From positions 14,905 through 78,904 of the forward strand of contig JAGVAV010000023.1 in the NCBI GenBank assembly GCA_020060105.1: a DNA stretch of 64,000 bases, in the 5' to 3' direction. The position numbers and the translations under genes were made by a program. Below, piece by piece: positions 1 to 8,373 of this stretch. The stretch is from Candidatus Woesebacteria bacterium. GTDB lineage: Bacteria; Patescibacteriota; Microgenomatia; Woykebacterales; 2-01-FULL-43-14. How positions within the stretch are numbered: the first letter of the stretch is position 1; every line of letters starts with the position of its first letter. Below the pieces are notes generated by a model that saw nothing but the letters and a program-made list of their open reading frames with translations, ran no database searches and had not been told where the DNA came from.

Positions 1-1
1 T

Positions 2-1873
2 AATCAAGTAGAAGTCCTTCTGTTTAAGCAAGCAATTGCTCAAGGATGGGATTGCCCGAGAGCAGCTATTTTATTACTTCAAAGAGAGTGGAACGCTGAA
101 AATTATGAATTTAACATCCAAACTCTTGGCCGAATAATGCGCATGCCAGAACAAAAGCACTACCAGAACCTCGTTTTAAACATTGGATACGTCTATACAG
201 CCTCTGATAACTTCAGTATTGTTGAAGATTTAGCCAAGGATTATGTAAGCAGAGTCCAAATGCTTAGGAACAATCAAATCTACAAACCAATTTTTCTACC
301 AAGTGAGTTTATAAGAAGAAAACGAGAAGTAACAAGGCTTTCAGGAAAATTTAAAGATTGTTTACTTGAAGCTAGTCAAGAAATAGACATGAGCAACAAA
401 ATCAACACAGGTATAGCTCAATTTAAAAAGGATATTGGGTTGGAAGGAACTCTTTCAAATATTAACAGGCTTCAGGAAGTTGAGTTTAGTTCTGTCGGAC
501 AAATATCGAAAGGTAGAGAAGAGGTTTTTTCTGAATATTCAAGTTTCCTTGCATCTCATACTTCACCATTTTCTAAAGCACGTTCAACCGAAATCTTAAA
601 AAGCAGTATGCGATCTTTGTTTAAACGAACTTTTGGAATAAGCAATGAGGATGAAATAGCCAATATTGTTATTAATCCAGTAAACAAAGATGCTTTCATC
701 GATCTTATCGACAAAGCTAAAGAAAAATATAAGTATCTACCAGAAAGAGAAGACGTTATTGTCACAGAGAAAGAATGGCAGATTCCAGAAAGTCTCAGTA
801 TTTTCGACAATTCTGATAAATTTAACCCTTCACAACGATCAATCATGCAGCCATTTAATGTAAAGGTTGATAAAAATTCTAGACTAAACCTTTCAAAACC
901 TGAAGTAACTTTTATTGAAGAGTTGGAAGGCACTGACAACGATATTCTTTGGTGGTTCAAGAATGGTGACAAAGAAAGCAAGTTCTTCGGAATTGCATAT
1001 AAAAAGGATGCTGGCTACTATGGTTTCTACCCAGATTTTCTTATTCAAACGAAAAAGGAACTTATTATAGTTGAAATAAAAGATAATCGTGATTTCAAAA
1101 ACGAGAACTTGTTAAAACTTAATGCTGGAAAAGAATATAGGAAAAAATATAAAGATTCACGTGGGCTATACTTTTTCATAATATCCCCAGACGATTATTA
1201 TAGATTCTTCCGCTGTTTAAAAGAGCAAGACATTTCCAACTTCAAATCTAAATACGAAGAGAACCTTACAAAATATAATCGAAGCCGTAAGGTTATTTCT
1301 GAAAAAACCAACGATTTATCAAAAGAAGATAAAGAATTATTAGAAATGTATGATGAAGAATTATCCAAAGCAATAAGAAACCTCGAAGATATAAAACTTG
1401 AAAAAGAAATTCTTGAAATTAACTTAAATGAAGCTAAATCAATTATCGATTCACTCAAGAAAAAAGAATCAGAGCTCGTAGAGCTAAAAGTTCCAAAGCC
1501 ATTTAACATTTGTATTTTAGGTGAAGTATCTGATGAAGATGAGGTTAAGAAAAGTTTGATGAGTTATTTCTCAAAATATGGCCTAAAGGCTACCGATTGG
1601 GAAGTAGAATTTTTTAACAACTCCAAATTAAAAAATAGTAACGTGTTAGTAGGATTAAAAAAGGGAAGGAGCCGTTACAGCCTTATCATCACAGGACAAA
1701 TTTACCATCATTCTGGAAAAGATAACCAAAGTGCAAACCTAGTTACTGAATTAAAAAAGCCACAATATATCGACTCGATAATTGGAAGTTCCCCAACAGA
1801 TCCATTAACACCCTCAAGCATGGTTGAAATGCTGGACCAGTACCTTTCGCCAGCAAGCTATGTTACAGCCTAA
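2..1873 (+). CDS. Type III restriction enzyme Res-like helicase/endonuclease, C-terminal part (5' end lies off the left edge), with an unusual ~270 aa coiled-coil-plus-extra-domain extension after the nuclease motif
   Basis: The frame is open from position 2. Helicase motif VI (QTLGRIMR) is followed ~300 aa later by a PD-(D/E)xK-like motif (YPDFLIQ...ELIIVEIKD). A coiled coil (EDKELLEMYDEELSKAIRNLEDIKLEKEILEINLNE) and a further ~130 aa domain follow. Confidence 0.55.
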   Translation, partial: NQVEVLLFKQAIAQGWDCPRAAILLLQREWNAENYEFNIQTLGRIMRMPEQKHYQNLVLNIGYVYTASDNFSIVEDLAKDYVSRVQMLRNNQIYKPIFLPSEFIRRKREVTRLSGKFKDCLLEASQEIDMSNKINTGIAQFKKDIGLEGTLSNINRLQEVEFSSVGQISKGREEVFSEYSSFLASHTSPFSKARSTEILKSSMRSLFKRTFGISNEDEIANIVINPVNKDAFIDLIDKAKEKYKYLPEREDVIVTEKEWQIPESLSIFDNSDKFNPSQRSIMQPFNVKVDKNSRLNLSKPEVTFIEELEGTDNDILWWFKNGDKESKFFGIAYKKDAGYYGFYPDFLIQTKKELIIVEIKDNRDFKNENLLKLNAGKEYRKKYKDSRGLYFFIISPDDYYRFFRCLKEQDISNFKSKYEENLTKYNRSRKVISEKTNDLSKEDKELLEMYDEELSKAIRNLEDIKLEKEILEINLNEAKSIIDSLKKKESELVELKVPKPFNICILGEVSDEDEVKKSLMSYFSKYGLKATDWEVEFFNNSKLKNSNVLVGLKKGRSRYSLIITGQIYHHSGKDNQSANLVTELKKPQYIDSIIGSSPTDPLTPSSMVEMLDQYLSPASYVTA

Positions 1874-1981
1874 TAACTTAAGAATTGTTAAAGCTGGGAA
1901 TGTAGATATAGCCGTTGTAACTTTGAACTGCAGTTCTAACGTTGTCTACAGTTTGCAGCCACTCGACCTCTTTGAAGAATA

Positions 1982-2016
1982 GGTGTGAACCTAACACACC
2001 CGGAGGGTGTGAAACC
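1982..2016 (+). repeat. Palindromic intergenic repeat, copy A (full-length GGTGTGAACCTAACACACCCGGAGGGTGTGAAACC)
   Basis: Exact 7-bp stem / 3-nt loop hairpin CACACCC-GGA-GGGTGTG. The 5' arm GGTGTG..CACACC can form an alternative hairpin. It is translated spuriously at the N-terminus of ORF 1985. Confidence 0.9.
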
Positions 2017-2059
2017 AATACTATTGCCACTCAAGCTTCGAAAAAGTATACTTAAAAAG

Positions 2060-2917
2060 ATGGATATTTTGATCTTTGGCACAGTTTGTATCGATCACAA
2101 TGTTACGGAAAGTGGAAAAATTACCTCTTGGGGCGGAACAGGAATGTTTATTTCCAAAATTCTCAGTCAACTCCCTCAAACCAATACAACTGTTATTTGC
2201 AACTACGGTCCTGACTATCTTGAATATCTTAAAGGTATAAATATTTATCCCTTATCACCGAGCGTTCCAAATACTTTAGTTTATGAAAACGTTAGCCAAG
2301 GAAAAACCCGGACTCAAAAAGCCTTATTTCGAGACAATTCCGAACCAGTGGAAATTACTCAAGATTTGAAATCAAAAATTGAAAATGCTCATATCATTTT
2401 CTTTGCCCCGCTGTTACCAAATCTTTCTACTGCTTATATCCACAAAGTGACGCAGCTTGCCAACAAAGAAAGTCTAAAAGTCCTTTTACCGCAAGGATAT
2501 TTTAGAAGCTTTGATAGTGAAGATAATGTCATACCACGAGACTTTCAGGAAGCGGCAGAAATGCTCCCTCTGGTAGATTTTGCCATCATCTCGGATCAAG
2601 ACACACAAGATGTGGATAATGTAGCACAAAACTGGGCGGAAAAAACAGGCGTTCAGGTTATTGTCACTAGGGGAGAGGATGGAGCAAGTATTATCTCTAA
2701 AGAAGAGAGCCAAGTAGTGCCAACTAAAGCGGTACCTCTGGAGGAAATCGTTGACTCCGTAGGCTCAGGCGATACCTTCAGCGCCGGTTTTGCCTATCAA
2801 TATTATTTAACCAAAGACATTACTAAAAGCCTTCGTTTCGCCAATAAACTAGCTGCCGCAAAACTTTATTTCAAACCAAAAGATATAAAGTTCGACTACG
2901 CAAAACTTCTAGACTAA
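2060..2917 (+). CDS. PfkB-family carbohydrate kinase (ribokinase-like)
   Basis: PfkB signature DSVGSGDTFSAGFAY near the C-terminus. ATG at 2060 (MDILIFGTVCIDH). The upstream part of ORF 1985 is a translation of the repeat. Confidence 0.8.
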   Translation: MDILIFGTVCIDHNVTESGKITSWGGTGMFISKILSQLPQTNTTVICNYGPDYLEYLKGINIYPLSPSVPNTLVYENVSQGKTRTQKALFRDNSEPVEITQDLKSKIENAHIIFFAPLLPNLSTAYIHKVTQLANKESLKVLLPQGYFRSFDSEDNVIPRDFQEAAEMLPLVDFAIISDQDTQDVDNVAQNWAEKTGVQVIVTRGEDGASIISKEESQVVPTKAVPLEEIVDSVGSGDTFSAGFAYQYYLTKDITKSLRFANKLAAAKLYFKPKDIKFDYAKLLD

Positions 2918-2934
2918 TTCGTCTAGTTTTTTTC
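2908..2934 (+). terminator. Putative intrinsic terminator of the pfkB-like gene
   Basis: Stem CTAGAC / GTCTAG with a 6-nt loop, followed by T7. It overlaps the stop codon. Confidence 0.4.
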
Positions 2935-2966
2935 AACCTTATCCCAGTTAACTATATTCCAAAACT

Positions 2967-2995
2967 AACCTAACACACCCGGAGGGTGTGAAACC
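2967..2995 (+). repeat. Palindromic intergenic repeat, copy B
   Basis: AACCTAACACACCCGGAGGGTGTGAAACC. Confidence 0.9.
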
Positions 2996-3182
2996 ATTAT
3001 CCGTTAGGTCCTATTTGTCTTTTGGAATTTTTTCCTACCGCTCGCTGACGAGATTACCATTTATTGATTATTCATGGACTCCAGGTCAAAGCGTTTAGTT
3101 TATTCAGTTTTAAAGGTATTTTAGAACAAATCTTCTCTAGATTACAAATTCCTGGTACAATAAATCCAGTTTGGAAGAAATT

Positions 3183-3704
3183 ATGAATGAAAATAATCTA
3201 GAAATACTTTCTTTACCTTTGGAAAGTTGGCAAGAGTATAAAGAACTTCGTTTGAGAGCTTTGCAGCGTGAACCCCAAGCGTTTGGATCTAATTATGCCC
3301 GAGAAGTTGAGTATCCAAACGAAAAATGGCAACAAAGAATCCAAGGAGTCATTGATGGTCAAGGTTTGATGCTATTTGCCAGATTAGACGGAAAACTTGT
3401 AGGCATGATTGGAGGATACCAAGATGACGACAATAAACCCCAAAAGAGAATTCAAATTTGGGGGATGTATGTTGATCCAGAAGCTCGCGGTAGAGGAATT
3501 GCAAAAACATTAATGAATAATCTAATTAGCAAAATCCGAGAGAGAGGAGATATTTTAATAGCTAAACTGGAAGTTAACGAAGACCAGGATCCAGCCAAAA
3601 AACTTTATGAGAATATGGGTTTCAAAATTGTTGGCACAAAAACAAGAGCTTTAGGAGATGGTAAAAAGCATCAGTTACTCGAAATGGAACTTGATCTTAT
3701 TTAA
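3183..3704 (+). CDS. GNAT family N-acetyltransferase
   Basis: GNAT motif A (QIWGMYVDPEARGRGIAKTLM). ATG at 3183; TTG at 3171 is an alternative start. Confidence 0.75.
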   Translation: MNENNLEILSLPLESWQEYKELRLRALQREPQAFGSNYAREVEYPNEKWQQRIQGVIDGQGLMLFARLDGKLVGMIGGYQDDDNKPQKRIQIWGMYVDPEARGRGIAKTLMNNLISKIRERGDILIAKLEVNEDQDPAKKLYENMGFKIVGTKTRALGDGKKHQLLEMELDLI

Positions 3705-3777
3705 GTTCACCCAACAGCACTTTTCTAACATACTTTGTGTTACTAGCACTTGTGCTGAGACCTATTGGAATATTAGT

Positions 3778-3803
3778 CTAACACACCCGGAGGGTGTGAA
3801 ACC
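3778..3803 (+). repeat. Palindromic intergenic repeat, copy C
   Basis: CTAACACACCCGGAGGGTGTGAAACC. ORF 3658-3861 is a spurious translation of it (LTHPEGVKP). Confidence 0.9.
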
Positions 3804-3811
3804 AGAAACCA

Positions 3812-4423
3812 TCATATTTTCAGCGTTGAAGAAACAAAGTCACAAAGAGGTTTGCCGATAGCTTTTTGCCAAAATTCATCTTGCTCTGACTGTTGCATCT
3901 CTGCAATATATTTACCACTTTCAGGATCAACTTGGAGGGACTCTAAAGGATACCCAGGAACAACTTTAGTGCTGATTTCACTTGTAAATACCCTAGGAGA
4001 AATGATATTTATTTCACCTAACGATCCTTGAGAATTAGCTATACAAACTCCAAATTCCCAATGTCCATTTATTCTTCCTCCCAATCTCTTAATAACTTCA
4101 GAATAATGTCTAAGTAAGTCTTCATCCGTTGGCCTTTTATCTCCATTACCAATCCTCCTAACATTTAGCCCTGGTTGTTGATCATCTGTTAATCCATCCA
4201 AATATAAGGCATTATCCATCGAGAGAATTGTCTGATTTAAAGCTTCTGCATAAGCTATAGCCTTCTTTCTAGCGTTCTCTATGGCTGTTTGACCGTCTTC
4301 ATCAACCTTGGGTAATAAATCCTTATTCTCTACACCTTTTACAGAAATATTAAGGGGAGCTAATGCACCAAGAATCTGTTTAACCTTAGCTTCATTGGTT
4401 GTCCCGACAATAATTTCTATCAT
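3812..4423 (-). CDS. Ham1/ITPase-like non-canonical NTP pyrophosphatase (divergent paralogue)
   Basis: N-terminal IIVGTTNEAKVKQ (compare ATGNxGK) and VDEDGQTAIENARKKA (compare ETGxTFxENAxxKA). Confidence 0.55.
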   Translation of the reverse strand: MIEIIVGTTNEAKVKQILGALAPLNISVKGVENKDLLPKVDEDGQTAIENARKKAIAYAEALNQTILSMDNALYLDGLTDDQQPGLNVRRIGNGDKRPTDEDLLRHYSEVIKRLGGRINGHWEFGVCIANSQGSLGEINIISPRVFTSEISTKVVPGYPLESLQVDPESGKYIAEMQQSEQDEFWQKAIGKPLCDFVSSTLKI

Positions 4424-4485
4424 TTCCTTTAATCCTGATAATCTTGAATATATCTTTCAAAATCCTCCACAGTTTGGACATAAAC

Positions 4486-5028
4486 TCATTCGAGTTCCTC
4501 TTTCTTTAACATCATTAAATACTTTTCCTCTTTTTCTGGTGGAACTTGAGTAGTTCTAAAATGTTTAAAGCCTACTTTTTCGTAAGATTTGATTGCTCTT
4601 ATATTCTTTAATTCTGGATCGACTATACAGGCACTTATTTCCCCTCTAACAAAAACAATCTCTTTAAGAAATTTTCTTAACATCCTACTACCCAAACCTT
4701 TACCCACAAACATCTGCTCGCCAATAAATAAATCTACACCGGCAATTCCCTCAGTACTTATATTTAACTGCAGAGAATAATCTGGGTAATCGCTTATTTT
4801 ATAAGTCTGAATAAAACCAAAAAGAGAATTTTCGTAGTAAACGATGTAACAATCAGTCGGTTCTTTTCCTTCAATACGAGGATTATATTTTTTAACGAGA
4901 GAATCAATATCACTTGCTTCGTCTCGCCCATACCATTCCTTTACAAAAGGTTCATTCAGCCATTTATGAAGCAGCGATAAATCATCAACTCGTAATCTTC
5001 GAAAAGAAATTTTATTTTCGTTCTGCAT
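4486..5028 (-). CDS. GNAT acetyltransferase resembling aminoglycoside 6'-N-acetyltransferase AAC(6')-Ib family
   Basis: WLNEPFVKEWYG, GKGLGSRMLRKFL and NIRAIKSYEKVGFK parallel the conserved AAC(6')-Ib blocks (WLNRPHIVEWWG / GKGLGTKLVRAL / NLRAIRCYEKAGF). Confidence 0.6.
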   Translation of the reverse strand: MQNENKISFRRLRVDDLSLLHKWLNEPFVKEWYGRDEASDIDSLVKKYNPRIEGKEPTDCYIVYYENSLFGFIQTYKISDYPDYSLQLNISTEGIAGVDLFIGEQMFVGKGLGSRMLRKFLKEIVFVRGEISACIVDPELKNIRAIKSYEKVGFKHFRTTQVPPEKEEKYLMMLKKEELE

Positions 5029-5194
5029 GAGTTAAGTATACCAATTTTCTCAAACAGTAATGAGTAGGGTAGTGGGGTAAGCACTAAAGTCGTAGGTTCT
5101 AAACATGTTGACCCCGGTTCAATCAAATCCCAATCAATCTTGGTTGACTACAGTCTGAATTACCAATCTGATCGCATAGTGATATAATACTTGC

Positions 5195-5533
5195 ATGATT
5201 ATTATCAAATCCGAACCTTACCTTCGGGAAGAAATAGAAAAACTTAAAGAACAGTTTGACGTTTATGTTAAAACAGTAATCGATGTTGAGAAAAAAGTTT
5301 GCTCGGCGGGAATGGGCAGGCACTATGAAGGTGAGGAGATCTTGATAAAACAAGGTTCGAAACAAAACGATATCTGGGGCGGGGGAGTCGATTTAGAAAC
5401 AAAAACAGTTGATTTTAACTCATTTATTAATATCAGGCCAAATCAAAGTAATCCCAGTAATGAAATCCTTGATCCAGTTTTAAGAAAAAAATATGAAGAT
5501 TTAACGAGGTATTTTTTCAAGGAAGTATTATGA
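5195..5533 (+). CDS. Small conserved hypothetical protein, first gene of a six-gene operon; apparently leaderless
   Basis: The ATG lies 6 nt after a TGATATAAT -10 element. The stop overlaps the next start (ATGA). Confidence 0.5.
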   Translation: MIIIKSEPYLREEIEKLKEQFDVYVKTVIDVEKKVCSAGMGRHYEGEEILIKQGSKQNDIWGGGVDLETKTVDFNSFINIRPNQSNPSNEILDPVLRKKYEDLTRYFFKEVL

Positions 5534-5832
5534 CTAGACAAGAGTTCGACACGTTAAACACCCTTGCTGCATTAGCTTTAGACTTAAAAAGAGCTTCTCT
5601 TGGAATTCACCGCGGGTCTATCCAAATGGCCAGACAGTTTGAAAAACAAGCCATGAATAGAAAAAACGAGATAAATCAAAATTACCTGAAAACGTATCTC
5701 CAACGCACCCTTAAGAAAACAGAGGAATCACTCCATTGTTCTGATGAAAAAAAGAAAGCCGAAGACCTTCTCACTTACAGCGTTATTTTCCAAAACTATG
5801 CCCAAAAGGCCCTGGCAGTAGAAATAAAATAA
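5530..5832 (+). CDS. Hypothetical protein (100 aa), translationally coupled
   Basis: ORF with a 4-nt overlap with the upstream gene; the next gene starts 5 nt downstream. Confidence 0.45.
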   Translation: MTRQEFDTLNTLAALALDLKRASLGIHRGSIQMARQFEKQAMNRKNEINQNYLKTYLQRTLKKTEESLHCSDEKKKAEDLLTYSVIFQNYAQKALAVEIK

Positions 5833-5836
5833 ACCT

Positions 5837-6361
5837 ATGACACAAAAACCAATCCAATATTTATTAGTGGGTCTCCCTTACTCGGGAAAGACTACATTAG
5901 CGAAAGAGCTAGTTAGTAGATTAGGATTTGCCTATATTAATATAGGCCAACTTAAGTGGGATAAGGGATATTCTGATGTTGGGGACGATGATGTCCCTGA
6001 TAAAGTATGGAAAGAAATCTTTGAAAAGGCGGATAAATTAATCCTTAAGTATTTAAACGAAGGAAAAAATCTGGCAAATGAGTATGCCTGGGTAACCAAG
6101 AAATGGAGAGACAGAGCAAGGAAAGTTGTCGCAAACGCAGGATTTGAAACAAGAACCATTTACCTGAAGATACCAGTAGAGGAAGTAAATAGAAGGTGGA
6201 TAGAAAACATTAAGACTAAAAATCACTTTCATTGGCCTAAAGATGAATTTAATAATTACTTAAGGGATTTTGAAGAACCAACTTTGGAAGAAAATGTGAT
6301 ATTGTATGATCAATCTATTCCTTTTGATAATTGGGTAAAGAAAAATAACTTTTATGGATGA
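5837..6361 (+). CDS. AAA_33-like P-loop kinase (polynucleotide / small-molecule kinase fold)
   Basis: Walker A GLPYSGKTTLAKEL. Size of 174 aa and layout fit the AAA_33 / zeta-toxin-like kinase class. Confidence 0.6.
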   Translation: MTQKPIQYLLVGLPYSGKTTLAKELVSRLGFAYINIGQLKWDKGYSDVGDDDVPDKVWKEIFEKADKLILKYLNEGKNLANEYAWVTKKWRDRARKVVANAGFETRTIYLKIPVEEVNRRWIENIKTKNHFHWPKDEFNNYLRDFEEPTLEENVILYDQSIPFDNWVKKNNFYG

Positions 6362-7336
6362 TTTAAGAACGGTAGTAAATCAAATCGTTAGTAAAAGTGT
6401 GGAGTTAAAAAATAAATATACCGAAGAAAAAACCGCTCCCGTAGAGTTTGCTTGCATTTTTTGCCAAACAGACGAAGAATATAAAAAATTTACTGATGAA
6501 GTTAAAGAACTAGGAAAAGTGGTTGAAGATACTCCAACGGGATTTACTTATTTATTAAGTGAACCTCTTCAAACTATTGCCGGCCCTTTAAGCCTAGTAA
6601 AAATAAGAATGCCTGAAAAATCAAGGAAAGAAAGAGGGGACGCTGACTTCAATACAAACTATTCAGAATTTAAAAATAAATATTTAAACCAGCCAAATTT
6701 TGAGTTAATTAAGCGAGACAACTTTGAAATGCTGCGATTATCGGAACCAGGCAACAATGTTATGGTCTGCTTCTCAAATACCCCTAAGAGCAAACTTTTC
6801 GGCATCCCCACTCAAGAGGAGAATCAGTTAAAATATTCCTTCAAACGGTACGAAGATTTCTTTCCGGAACTCTTTGAACAAGAGAAAAAAGACTAAGCGA
6901 CTTTTTGCCCGAACCTTATCGAATTGAGCATGTCGGCAGTACAGCCGTAGTTGGATTAGGAGGTAAAGGAATAATCGATATTTTGATCTCCGTTCCTAGA
7001 GAGAAAATGGGTGAGTATTCATCAAAATTACGAGAAGCTGGATATGTTTTTAGCCCTCAAGCATGTACAAAAGACAGATATTTTTACAAGCAGGATATAG
7101 AAACTGCCAAATATCGGACCAGAAGATTTCACATACACCTTACTTACCCGAGTAGTCAAGACGAACAAGAAACTTTGGCCTTTAGGGATTATCTTCGAAA
7201 CCACCCGGAAGAGGTAAAAAGATATTCCGATATTAAGGAAGAGGCAGGAGCTTTAGATAACGTTAACAAAAAAACGTACTGGGCCAAAAAGGAACCTGTG
7301 TTTCGAGATATTCTGTCGAAGGCGTTAAAAGAATGA
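6354..7336 (+). pseudogene. Unknown N-terminal domain fused to a GrpB-family (UPF0157) nucleotidyltransferase-fold protein; reading frame broken by a -1 shift at an A6 tract (6885-6890)
   Basis: The GrpB N-terminal block (KRYEDFFPELFEQEKK) ends ORF 6354-6896 in frame 0. The GrpB core (IEHVGSTAVVGLGGKGIIDILI) continues in frame 2 from 6905. One extra A in the tract would give the in-frame junction EQEKKRLSDFLPEPY, which matches GrpB. Confidence 0.55.
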
Positions 7337-7357
7337 GTAATATGGTATAAATTAGTT

Positions 7358-8017
7358 ATGAATATCGAATTTGAAGCCACATTTCCAAACGTTGATAAAG
7401 ATAAAATTAGAGAAAAACTACGAAAGATAAATGCACAGTTAGTCAAACCTGAATTGTTACAAAAAAGGTCCGTCTATCGTTTACCTTCGGGACATGAAAT
7501 TAATGGAGGCTGGTTAAGAGTGAGAGACGAGGGAGATAAGGTTACAATGAGTTTAAAAGTAGTAGACGGCGACAAAATAGAAAACCAAAAAGAAGTTTGT
7601 TTGACTGTAGATAATTTTAAACAAGCAGAGTTACTTTTAATTACAATAGGTTGCGAGAAAAAAGCGTACCAAGAAAGCAAAAGAGAGCTATGGAAATTTG
7701 ATAATGTTGAAATTACTATCGATGAGTGGCCGTTTCTTGAGCCATTTGTAGAAATAGAAGGAAAGTCAAAACAAGAAGTAAAGAAAGTTTCGGAATTACT
7801 TGGTTTTGAATTTAATAAAGCGTTATTTTGTGCCGTAGATACTCTATACAGCCAAAAATACGCAATTTCAAAAGACTGGATCAATAACAAAACACCCTCA
7901 ATTGTTTTTAATGAAGAAAACCCTTTCTTAAACAATAGTAAGTTGAGTGGTGGGGTAAGCCTCCCATTTAAAGGTTCTAAAGATGTTGACACAGACAACC
8001 ATTCGACTTCGTCCTGA
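7358..8017 (+). CDS. CYTH-domain protein (triphosphate tunnel metalloenzyme / class IV adenylate cyclase-like)
   Basis: N-terminal MNIEFEATF...K..R (CYTH ExExK signature) and WLRVRDEGDKVTMSLK. The last ~40 codons overlap an inverted-repeat region and may not be real. Confidence 0.55.
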   Translation: MNIEFEATFPNVDKDKIREKLRKINAQLVKPELLQKRSVYRLPSGHEINGGWLRVRDEGDKVTMSLKVVDGDKIENQKEVCLTVDNFKQAELLLITIGCEKKAYQESKRELWKFDNVEITIDEWPFLEPFVEIEGKSKQEVKKVSELLGFEFNKALFCAVDTLYSQKYAISKDWINNKTPSIVFNEENPFLNNSKLSGGVSLPFKGSKDVDTDNHSTSS

Positions 8018-8115
8018 GTAAAATCGAGGGACTTCGTTCATAGTCTTTGACCACTTGTTAACAACGGCAACTTTATATCTTTCACAAGTCGAATGTCTCG
8101 AGCGAAGTCGAGAGG
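7995..8115. repeat. Nested inverted repeats at the 3' end of the operon (CATTCGACTTCG / CGAAGTCGAG / CAAGTCGAATG)
   Basis: Complementary segments seen directly in the sequence. Possible terminator or structured RNA. Confidence 0.35.
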
Positions 8116-8201
8116 CCATATCATTTTATCTTGTCCTATCTAGAAAACAAAATACTTAGAAATAAAACAGGCGTGAAAACCACCTCAACATGTTTATAAT
8201 T

Positions 8202-8230
8202 GACTTACTGCTTTGTCTTCAGTATAATCT
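8202..8230 (+). promoter_or_regulatory. Sigma-70-like promoter TTGACT-17-TATAAT
   Basis: Consensus hexamers with a 17-nt spacer, upstream of the G9 tract and the small ORF. Confidence 0.45.
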
Positions 8231-8256
8231 CAACTACAATAAACGAGGGGGGGGGA

Positions 8257-8373
8257 ATGAACACTCAAACGACTTCAACAACGCTGTGGAAGCATCTCCT
8301 AAGCAACGCTAAAACTCCCAAAACCTTACCGTCATTTTTCCACAAATGGCGGTCTTTCTTTAATATCCCTTGA
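8257..8373 (+). CDS. Putative 38-aa small protein whose ribosome-binding region is a G9 homopolymer
   Basis: ATG 1 nt after GAGGGGGGGGG (the G run is 8247-8255). ORF reads MNTQTTSTTLWKHLLSNAKTPKTLPSFFHKWRSFFNIP. It is below the ORF-track size cutoff. Confidence 0.25.
   Translation: MNTQTTSTTLWKHLLSNAKTPKTLPSFFHKWRSFFNIP

Noticed and set aside
1985-2059. N-terminal extension of ORF 1985-2917 (MNLTHPEGVKP...)
   Set aside because: These codons are a translation of the palindromic repeat. The same peptide LTHPEGVKP appears in ORF 3658-3861 for the same reason. The real start is the ATG at 2060.
3658-3861. 67-aa ORF
   Set aside because: It spans the 3' end of the GNAT gene, repeat copy C and the convergent Ham1-like gene's 3' end. 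It is an artefact of translating the repeat.
6885-6890. Programmed -1 ribosomal frameshift at the A6 tract (dnaX-like)
   Set aside because: The heptamer is G-AAA-AAA rather than a true X-XXY-YYZ slippery site, and there is no obvious downstream stimulatory structure. A second homopolymer frameshift (T6 at 41603) makes indel error or pseudogenisation more likely.
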